A program made the translations under genes and the position numbers. The notes below the pieces were generated by a model that ran no database searches, was not told where the DNA came from, and saw only the letters and a program-made list of their open reading frames with translations. From Psammoneis japonica (lineage: Eukaryota), in NCBI GenBank assembly GCA_008632985.1, contig QPGO01000165.1, forward strand, positions 124,001-165,369: a stretch of 41,369 bases of DNA, written 5' to 3'. Position 1 is the stretch's first letter, and every line of letters begins with the position of its first letter. Shown one piece after another: positions 26,129 through 35,759 of the stretch.

Positions 26129-26820
26129 CCTTGCTAAATGGGGCTCCTGGCCCACTCCTGTGGACAGCAACATGTTTCAACTGGCACGTGACAGATTTCT
26201 GCATGATTTCTGCATCCCTTGCACAAATTGCGCAGCCCTGCGGTGCAAATTGTCTGCCTGCCACCCCAGTCATTTGAGCTTCATTGTTCAGCTTCACGCC
26301 GCCAATCCAAAACAACACTCATCTGTCCATCTCTTTCATCTGGGAAGCTGGTTGACAGAAGAGACAAGAAAGGTCTCTTTTGCAGCTTTTGCTCTCTTGG
26401 CAATTAATTGGTTGGTTGTGAAAGCTTGTTTGTGAGTGAGAGACCGTGCAAAAACAACACAAATGTCATTTTTGTGCACGATTTGGGTCACTTGCCGGCT
26501 GGAACACGTCCCTTGCTGAGTGGGACTCCTGGCCCACTCCTGCAGACCGCAACATTTTTTAACTGGCTCGCGACAGATTTCTGCATGATTTCTGTCCCTC
26601 GCACAAATCGCGCAGCCCTGCGGCACAAATCGTCTGTCCACCACCCCAATTGTTTGAACTTCATTGTTCAACTTCATTGTTCAGCTTCACACCCGCTCAC
26701 TGTCTGGGTCTGCCAATCCAAAACAACATTCATGGGTCCATCTCTTTCATCTGGGAAGCTGATTGACAGAAGAGACAAGAAAGGTCTCTTTCATGGCTTT
26801 TGCTCTCTTGACAATCAATT
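26039..26820. repeat. Tandem duplication (~380-bp period) covering the MITE right end plus flank
   Basis: AAGCTCGTTTGTGAGTGAGAGACC...TCTCTTTCATCTGGGAAGCTG...TTTTGCTCTCTTG occurs at ~26039-26408 and ~26421-26820. The second unit carries a solo MITE end, GGAACACGTC|CCTT. Confidence 0.92.
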
Positions 26821-27309
26821 GAAATGTAAAGTGTGACGATTCAGGAAACTCGGTGCAAGTCAACACCGCAGGATTGAAGTCAAAAAGGAGGTCCGAAAGA
26901 CAACAAAACAAACAAAGAGCTGAGCCCAGTCTAAGAGAGAGTCATGATAAAACTGCAAAAAGATGCCAGCTTGATTCCTGAACAAAGGTGGCTAGATGCA
27001 AAAAATTGACACTGCTCATTGTGTGGAGTGTGCTGTGTGCTGAGTGATGAAACCCTGGCCAGTCGCACAATGCTTTGCACCTCCGACAAGAACAGTTTGT
27101 GACATGCAGTTTGCCTTGGTCTGGATGTGGAACATGAAGTGAAGGATCCACTTGTTGTGAGTGCGTGGAAGATCTCTCATGAACTCTGCCACCAACCTCT
27201 TTCAAAGCCAAGCATTGCAAAAAGATTGGCTTGTTCAAACGTCCCAATGTTTCCCCACCTGTCAACATTCCTTGAAACCAATTGATCCACCATGAATGAT
27301 GTTGTTTTA

Positions 27310-27515
27310 AACTGCACACCTTTCAGCTCTTGCTGACACCACTGCGAGAAATGAAAAAAAATCTTGTCAAACAGATCAGGGTGTCCCTTGTGTTGGCAGA
27401 TGCAGAGAGGTCTTCTCAAAACCCTTTGTCCCTGTTTGACAAAAGAAATTTCTTGCAATGCCGCACAGTTTGCCAGAGAACTCACACTCCCAACAAATGC
27501 GTGATCCGTGAGCTC
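27310..27515 (-). pseudogene. 1,3-beta-glucan (callose) synthase GT48 gene fragment
   Basis: DHAFVGSVSSLANCAALQEISFVKQGQRVLRRPLCICQHKGHPDLFDKIFF, then frameshifted ISRSGVSKS. Matches the GT48 core EHIFTGSVSSLA..MA.QE.SFVT.GQRVL..PL..R.HYGHPD.FD..F..TRGGVSK. Confidence 0.88.
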
Positions 27516-28062
27516 CACTGCTTGTGTCATCAACACACTCCAAAAAGTGAAGTGCGAGGCCCTTTTGTGGGGAAGAATCTGCGTGAAGACCAAGAAACAA
27601 ACAGAGTGAAGTGCTGGACTGCTGACGTCCGTTGAAAACACACCCACCATGAGCCGCGACGTCCAGAGCTTGCCTCGAACACTCCAAAGGTGCCCCACAC
27701 ATCAGATCCTTTCATCTGTGTTTGTTGTGAAACGAGTTGTGCACAGGTCAAGGGATGAGACGAGGGAAATGACAACAAACTCAACAAAACACACCGGAAC
27801 GGCAACAACAGCAGCACACTCACACACTGAAGGAAACAAAATCGACATTCTTGTGCGGAGCGGCACTTGTCAAAACAGCGCCAACACGCAATGGCACTGC
27901 AGGCAAATGCCAACAACATGCCGAGTGACTCACCTTGTGAAAAACGGTGACAACGACGGTGGACGCGACACAAATTTGCCGTGGTGGCTGCGCAAATTCT
28001 GCGTAGAATTTCTCGCTTTTTACCAGGAGCTAAAAAATTCGCACGGTGTGATTTTTTTTACA

Positions 28063-29038
28063 AGGTGGCACGGGTGCAAAAGTGTGCCAGATTCTACGTG
28101 CGCAGAGGTTTGCATGTTTTCTGCACAATCGCCAAAGTCACCTCGCCAACTTGAACCCTCTCCGAGATGATGGAAACCTGGACTTTTCACTTGACAAAGT
28201 GTTTGGAGCATTTCATCACACACATGTTGACTTGTTCATTGGGAGAAACTACAAGTTTTCATACATTCGTCGTTCATCAGAGCTTTCTAAATCTCGAACA
28301 TCAAGATTTTAGTGCCTTTCTGATTAGATTCGTCACATGTCTTCAGACACATGTGGAAACTTGTTGTTTCTCCCCACAAACAAGTCAAGGGGAGTGCAAA
28401 CAAGTCCTCAAAACACTCTGTCATGTGAAATGTTCAAGTTTCCATCGTCCGGGAGAGGTTTCAATGACTTTGGCGATTTGTGTAGAAAACACACTAAGTT
28501 CTGCACACCGTAAAATCTGGCCCACTTTTGTTCCCGCACATGCCACCCGTGGCACGGGCACAAAAGTGGGGCAGATTCTACGTGCGTGGAATTTAGTGCA
28601 TTTTCTACACAAATCGCCAAAGTCAACTCGCCAACTTGAACCCTCTCCCGGACGATGGAAACTTGAACATTTCACATGACAAGGTGTCCAGACTGCATGA
28701 TTGCACTCTTCTTGACTTGTTCATGGAGAGAAACTACAAGTTTCCACACGTTTTTGACGATGTGCACCGAATCTCATCAGAAAGGTGCCAAAATCACGAC
28801 GTTCGAGTTTGTCAGAGCTGCAGCAAACAAAGAATGTATGGAAACTTGCAGTTTCTCTCCACAAACAAGTCGAGGAGAGTGTGTTTGGGCAGTCTGGACA
28901 CTTTGTCATGTGAAATGTTCAAGTTTCCATCGTCCGGGAGAGGGTTCAAGTTGGCGAGGTGACTTTGGCGATTTGTGCAGAAAACACGCTAAGTTCTGCG
29001 CACGCAGAATCTGGCCCACTTTTGCACCCGCACCACCT
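28063..29038. mobile_element. Two abutting ~490-bp foldback MITE-like elements (28063-28547 and 28548-29038), each with ~200-bp TIRs
   Basis: Arm GGTGGCACGGGTGCAAAAGTG..CAGATTCTACGTGCG...ATCGCCAAAGTCA...GATGGAAAC...GAGAAACTACAAGTTT appears forward at ~28064 and ~28548 and reverse-complemented ending at 28547 and 29037. No TSD identified. Confidence 0.88.
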
Positions 29039-29399
29039 CGAGGGGGTCATTTGCTGCTTTTTTTTAGCTGACAGCTCGTGATTTGCATGATTTTTCCTGA
29101 ATTTCACCGTGCTTCACCGTGGTGAAAACATCAAGCCACAAGTCTGTGATGGAGGTGGGCCGTGCATCAACTCTCATTTGTTTTGTGTTCGTTGTGTGTC
29201 AAAGGTCACCTGCACATCAAATGTTTGCACACAGACCACTGCACTTTGGACTTGTGTTGACGTCACCGTCATGGTTGTGCTTTGATCATGGTGGCTGATG
29301 TTCTCATTTTCGTGCATGATCGGGGTGAATGTGAGTGATTTTTGTGTTCAAAAACAAACACCACAAATGTCCTCACTCAAATGCAACGGCAATTCTGGG

Positions 29400-30075
29400 G
29401 ATGGGCTCCAGTCCTGGGTGGGACTCTGTGTGACACATTCAGCCCGCAGAGTTCTGCATGCAAGCTCTGCAGTGCGAGAATTTAACCAATGGACATTTTC
29501 ATCTTCAACATCAAACAAACGGCCAAGTTTGTGGCACATTTGTGCCCATTCACACTCGATGCGTTCCAGCTCTGGGTGGGACCTCACACTGCTGACCTGT
29601 GACAAAATGTTTCAAAAATGTGCTGGGTGCATTCTTCAATGTCTGAAAAACACACCCGGGAATGACACAAACAATGCACTTCAAGTGTGAAGGAGGAGAT
29701 GCGTTCGCAAAATTGCCTCTTTTTCTGTTGGCGATCATTTGCATTTCAATTGCTGAACAATTTCACCACAGAGCTCGCACGCAGAATTCTATGGGCCAAA
29801 TGTCACAAAAAGTCCCACCTGGGACTGGAACCAATCACTCAAAGTTTTTGGAAATCTGCCTGCCCTGCGCCATTCTTAAGACATTTGCAAATGGCGCAGA
29901 AGAAAAAATGTCAAGAGTTGTTGAATGGATGGCCCAACAATTGTGCCACAAAATGACATGAAATTCCACCAAAGTCATGCAGACACGCACGTGTGCGTGA
30001 CATGCGGCATGATCCAAAAAACCATCGATGTCACAGTTCAGTGGCACGAGGTCCCACCTGGAGCTGGAACATGTC
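29400..30075. mobile_element. Old hypermutated MITE (family GAC-1), 4-bp TSD TGGG, containing a nested relative
   Basis: Ends GATGGGCTCCAGTCCTGGGTGGGAC... and ...GTCCCACCTGGAGCTGGAACATGTC. TGGG at 29396-29399 and 30076-30079. After removing 29558-29840 it is colinear with 19374-19763. Confidence 0.93.
29558..29836 (-). mobile_element. 279-bp GAC-1-related MITE nested in inverted orientation, 4-bp TSD ACTC
   Basis: Starts GATGCGTTCCAGCTCTGGGTGGGACCTC (reverse complement of the GAC-1 right end) and ends GTCCCACCTGGGACTGGAACCAATC. ACTC at 29554-29557 and 29837-29840; a single ACTC is at the matching site (~19526) of the young copy. Confidence 0.92.
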
Positions 30076-30639
30076 TGGGACAAACGCAGGGATGACCCGC
30101 CTTGAGGCAATCACAGAACCGTGTGCCAGATTGCAAGACGACTCACCTTTCTGATTTTTTTTGCACTGGAAACTTTGTGTGCGCCACACGCATCATTGCG
30201 AAAAATGGGTTGTCGCAATGACAGCAACAACAGCGACGTGTCCTCGACTGTTTGAGCATCACAGTCATTTGGTTTGTTGACTGTGAGAATGCACTCAGTC
30301 ATGAAAGTCCCCGGGTGAAGCCTCCATTCAAAAGCAAAACATCACGCCAATGCCAAGCTCTGTTTTTCAACCATCGTTTGATGCATTCGATCATGGAACA
30401 ATTGAGAGTTCATCCGGGGGACTTTCTTGATGCACTCGTGTTCCAAGGAGTGTCGCTGACAGCAAAATCCTTCTCCAGGAGCATTGCAAACGTGTTGTCG
30501 TCATTGTCAGTGTTGAGCGGCAATTTGTCAAGCAAATCGTGAATGTGGCACAACCGTCATCGCTGTCTGACATTTTGCCACTGTGTGCAACTCCTGCACA
30601 TGCCTCAAGCTGTGCCAGCTAGCCTGGCAGGTGCAGGGA

Positions 30640-31175
30640 CATGTTGCGATCCATGGGAGGTCTTCTCTTTCCCTCTTCCACACCACTCAAAGACCTCCCA
30701 GTTGGGAGTGCTTGCTCACTCCTGGATGGCCATCCCACATTTCCCGCTGATGCATGCACTGCATGCATTGAGACGATGGCGGGTGCTCGCTCATTTGCGC
30801 CATGCATTGCCAGGGCATTGTTTGAGCCGGATTTTGTCAACTTTCACACAATGCAATGCGATCACCTGTGTCATGTGAGAATCGGATCTCAAAGATCCAA
30901 AAGACATCTTGGAAGCCTGACTCAGAATTGTTTGTCTCAGCTGACTCAGGCAGACTTCGAGTGCAGGCACCGGCAGCGAACGAGTGCACGACAACACTCT
31001 TTGCAATTTTGCCTCAAGCACAGCACATCCACCTTTAGAATCACATGCACTGCAGTGCTGGCATGGTGCACTAACATGGGTTCATCTCTTTCACGAGGAA
31101 AGTTAATTGACAGGCGTGATGAAGAAGGACACTTCCATTCTTTCTATTGTCTCCAGACAACGGTCGAGTGCACCG
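30640..31175 (+). pseudogene. Decayed coding relic of an unknown multicopy family, homologous to ~26700-26835
   Basis: MGSSLSRGKLIDRRDEEGHFHSFYCL (~31075-31155) versus MGPSLSSGKLIDRRDKKGLFHGFCSL (~26730-26810) and a frameshifted copy at ~26320-26400. Confidence 0.55.
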
Positions 31176-31180
31176 ACAGC

Positions 31181-32085
31181 ATGGGAAAAACGGCGCATGT
31201 AGATACGAAATCTTTGACCGCCAGTGTACGCCGCCGAGTGAAGCGAAGCACAACAGCCTATTCCAACAGTTCAGCCGCCCACCATTCAACAACCTCAGCA
31301 GCAACCCATTCTCATTCAACAACCTCAGCCTCTATTCTTGCTGTTCAAGACCGCCCACTCGTTCCTCCTATATACAATGGCGTCAATCCCAACTATCCCG
31401 GCGTCACCATGGTGCACGGATCGCCTCCCATTTTTTCGGTCGAGAATTTTTTGACACCGCACGAGTGTGATTTTTGGTCGAGAATTTTTTGACACCGCAC
31501 GAGTGTGATTTTCTCATTGCGGCCGCATCCGATTCCTTTACCCCCGCACCCGTGGTGGGCAAGGGCAGTGGCGAAATCTCGCCGTCGCGAACCTCCTCGA
31601 CTTGTTATTTAGCACGCGAGGATGTTCCAGACTTGATGCGCAAAGTGACAGTGCTCACGGGCAAACCCGTGCACACGTGCGAATTGCCCCAAGTGGGACG
31701 GTACGAACCGACGCAACAATATTTACAACACTTTGACGCGTTTGATGTTTCCACGGAAGATGGATTGCGGTTTGCCACCAATAGTGGACAACGGACCGTG
31801 ACCGTGACCGTGCTGATTTATCTCAATGATGTTGCCAACGGAGGTGATGCACGATTTCCCTTGTTGGATCTCAATGTACAGCCTCGCAAGTGCATGGCTC
31901 TTGTCTTTTTCCCAGCCACCATTAATGGGCTCTTGGAAAAAATGGCCTTGCATGCGGCACTACCGGCGGTCGATACCAAGTTTGTTAGTCAAATGTGGAT
32001 TCGACAAGCCGAATACAAGGGACAACCCTCCAAGCGACTGGACACCATAATGGGGGTGTTGTTTGGACAAGAGGTGATGAATTAG
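31181..32085 (+). pseudogene. Prolyl 4-hydroxylase (2OG-Fe(II) dioxygenase), frameshifted by a 38-bp tandem duplication
   Basis: PPIFSVENFLTPHECDFLI, SRTSST, ELPQVGRY...QYLQHFDAF (HxD), GQRT..VLIYLNDVANGG, ALHAALP and KFVSQMWIRQ. The likely ATG at 31181 is out of frame with the catalytic domain because 31438-31475 is repeated from 31476. There is also an extra ACCGTG repeat at ~31795-31812. Normal dinucleotide composition. Confidence 0.85.
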
Positions 32086-32335
32086 AACGTGAAGAAGAGA
32101 GAAGCCAGTGTCATGTGGTTTTGGTGTTTAGAAAATGCTCCGTCGGCTACAGTTTTGGAGCTCTCGTTCATTCTGGACGAGATTAGTGTATAGTTTTTAG
32201 AGCTTTCGATCGCGGTTTCAACAGACTTTCAAGTGCTGAATTTCTGGAGAAAGACGCAACTTCGAGCAAGTAGCAAAATATCTCATAACTGTAACAACAA
32301 GCTTGATTAGTAAAGTTCGCATGCATTATCTTCCA

Positions 32336-35300
32336 TCACATGTCCATCCACGCTTGCGGAAACAAATGGTCTGGTATGCCAATTTCGTGTCGAAACGCGG
32401 ATTGTACAAACATATCGGACGTGTATTCGTCATCCACAAACTCAATGGTTCGCCGCGGAACGTCGTTACGATCCAATCGTCATTAGGGGTGCGATGCACA
32501 CGAACCACGTACACATCTTGCGGTGGAACAGTGGTGTCCGCTAGATACGGATCGCCCTCATGACGATGCAGCACTTGACAACGGTAGGCATCTTGCGTTC
32601 CAGTGCTGTACAAATGCGGAGAGTATTCCCACTTGCACTCATTGTCGTGTTTGCCCGTCCGAGTTTGCTTTTCGTCCAAATTGCCCACATAACAAATGGT
32701 TTGAAAGTTTTCGGGATATGGATCCGCTTCTTGTTCCTCGAGTGTCTTGACTGGAACGTAAAAGTCATTGTGCTCGGCCGCCGAAACGTACTCATCATCA
32801 TCATTGGGTCGCCAGTTTTGCAAATGCGTATTCCACGCATCCTCCGATTGCTGGCCATAATCCAAAAACACTTCTTCACCCTCTTGAATGTCACGGGTGG
32901 CAACCACTTCCATAATGACACCCGCGCGGTTTTCGCTCATTAGCTCCTCTACCGGTCGATCCAGCCAATCGGCCTGATTGGGCAGCTTGGATTACCGGCG
33001 TAATTCGGCATTGAATTCCGGGTGATGATGATTCAAGTAATTTGTCACGGGCGTGTATGGAAAGAGCAACAAGTTTGACTTGGGGTGGCCATAACAATAA
33101 TTGAGCAAGAGCTGTTGGCCTATCGTACACTTGCATGTGTCGACGATGCAATTGAACAAAGGGCAACGGAGCAATGATGCTGCCCTGTGCAAACGAGTCG
33201 CAAAGGCTCCCTTTCCAGCCTGTGGGAGCGTGGACGTGTCGGGGCGGATATTGTCAAGACAGACACCATTCTCCTCGAGCCATTCGGGTGAAGGCACCGC
33301 GTTTGGTACCGAGTGGAGGGCCGTGCCCTTCTTTACCACCTCTTGTACGTGAGACAACTCCCTGGGCAACGCCAAGCGGACGCGATTGCCATCATTCTTC
33401 GAATCCGTCTCATTGTACCAGAGCAATGACCACAAGTCATTGGCAAATTCCGTGTTGGGATTGTGATCAATGAGATCCCAAAATTTACGCAAATCCTTGT
33501 CGGCGTTTCTGAAATCATAACTCAAGGGAATCACACCCAACTTTTCGGCTCGGTCCTTAAACCACGTGTCTCCGTATTGCACAAAGAGTTCCATTCCAGC
33601 CTGAATGTGATTCTCCGCCGTGTACCTTACTCCATGATAGGTTGTGGAAGCACCCGTTCCAGGATCCTTGCTTCGCTCCATACCCATGGTGTCTACATGG
33701 GGTGGACGCATAAAGGCACTGACCAAGCCCGTGTGGCTATTGGCAAGCATGCCCAGGCCCGGCACTATGGATTGTACGTCATCTGCCTCGAATTCTCCAC
33801 CAGTCGTATCGGGATCCCAGTAATAGCTATGCATCAACCAATCGGGTTCCGTGTTTCTACCAATAAACTGTTTTTTGTCTTTCCATCGACGCAATTTTTG
33901 GTTGAGTTCGATATCTTCCACTTGCACCACTACGTCGGAATGGAAAATGTCGCTCTTCTCTGGAATTTCCACAGCCGTGTACATTCCCATGCCTGCGTTG
34001 GGAATGGACGATTCCGCCACATACAATTGACACGACAAAGCTTCTTTTTCTTGTTTGCTTTTTTGTTCCAAATCACGCCACGACGGGGGAATCATGTCAT
34101 TGGGTAATTCCAAGTAATGACGAAAGGCATTTCGTAAATACGAATCATTGGTATAGGGCAAATCGACAATGACAAGTGCCTGACGAGGTATACCATGAAC
34201 GACCTTTTCCGTCCACTCGTCATTGTCTTCCTCTTGCTTGTAACGAATGCGTGATGTATAGGTATTGTGCTTAGCATTGCGTTCCAACACGGTACACTCG
34301 TCCGTTTCATCCGTGTGACGATAATAGACCATGTCGGATTCTAAATCGTCCGATATGACCCAAGTGTATTCTCCATTGGTGTCGTCTGTTGAATCCTCCA
34401 ATTCATCAAACCAACAACGTGTTTCGACATTTGCGGGATATGCCGGCTGCTCGTCTTGAATGGTTCGAATGTGACGTTCCTGGTTAAAGACAGCTGCCGG
34501 TATGTAGTCTTGCGGTGATGAGCGTGGTGCCTTGCCGTAGTCCTGGACATGCTTGTCCCAAGATTCTTGCCAATCGTTACCATAATCCACCAGAATCTCG
34601 TCTCCCTTGGAAATATCGCTCGTGGCGACAAGTTCCATCATGAGTCCTGTTTTCTTGTTGTTTTCTAAAACTTGTGTGCTGGTCCAATTCAACCATTCCG
34701 GATGAGATTGACGAGAGGACCAACGAAGTTTGACATTGGCCGTCTTGTTGTCGCTACTTCCGTGATTGATTGTGTTTGTGGCGGATGCATAGGGATAAAA
34801 CACCAACGATGTAGACGGATGGCCATAGACATAATTGTACAAGAGTTGATGACCACGGTGATAAACCTTTTCTTCATCATGTTCATCAACGACCCACAAA
34901 TCCAAATGACTACGATGCAAATGAATCAAGGGTGCTGGCGTCACGACGGTGCCCTTCTGTAAATCACGAGACGCAAAGGCACCCTTGCCGGCACCGTCAA
35001 TGGTAGATTCCTTGACAGTCATGTGATCCAGACACAATCCATTTTCTTGCAACCACGCTTGGGATCGAATGACATTGGGTACCGTAAGCATGGCGGTACT
35101 ACCCTTGAGGTGAAACCAAACATGATGTGCGTCTTGATAGGTTTTGGGCAATGCCCGTTTGATGCGTGGACTGACATCGTCCCGCTCCTCAATCTCCTCA
35201 CGCCATGCATCCCAATGTCCTTGTCGTGATCCACCCACAAAATAATCACGCAACCACTTGTCGGCAATTTCAAAGTCACCACTGAGTGGCAAATCGTTTC

Positions 35301-35412
35301 CAAAAATTTCATTTCGTTCTTAAAACCATCCATCACCGTACATGGCAAAGAGTTCCATACCCGCCGGTATATTTTGATTGGCTTGAAAGGTCAATTCCGT
35401 ATTGTACGTAAA
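32336..35412 (-). pseudogene. 5'-truncated multi-SET-like-domain protein gene with stops and frameshifts
   Basis: Repeated SET-like signatures: STIDGAGKGAFASRDL...INH...ATSDISKGDEILVDYG; SSIPNAGMGMYT...LANSH...IQAGMELFVQYG; STLPQAGKGAFATR...LNH...ATRDIQEGEEVFLDYG. In-frame TAA at 35320-35322 and 32992-32994. Paired frameshifts at ~33120-33195. A frameshift at ~32463 hides the true C-terminus VPRRTIEFVDDEYTSD...AFRHEIGIPDHLFPQAWMDM* (stop 32336-32338), which mirrors the internal repeat end. Confidence 0.85.
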
Positions 35413-35759
35413 TGCTCCCGCTTGTGGAGTTGTTCTGCTGTGCCAACAAATGACAAACACGAGCTTGAGGAGGCTTGTGTGCAATTTTGCAGCTGTGGCA
35501 TTGGGGGTGCCAATGACATGAGCTCCTGCCAGCTCCAACCTTGGCCCATGGTTTTTGAAACACTGGTGTCTCTTGCTCAGCTGTGAAAAGCTGTGGCATG
35601 TGGGGTCATGCAGCCCAGGAGCCAGGCTGCCTGCACTCCTTTTTGCAGATGGTGCAAAGCGCTGTTGTGACTGCACAAGGAGGGCAATTCTTGTGGTTGT
35701 GCCAGTGTTCTGAAGGTCTGGGTGTGCCCCTGGGAAGCTGCACATGAAGAGCTCAGCAT

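Noticed and set aside
30641..31492. 283-aa ORF as a single real gene
   Set aside because: It is a chance in-frame join of a TA-erased relic with the P4H N-terminus and ends inside the 38-bp duplication.
32992..35292. 766-aa ORF as a complete intact CDS
   Set aside because: It starts at a TTG just after an in-frame stop. Homologous coding sequence continues on both sides, and a short internal stretch is out of frame.
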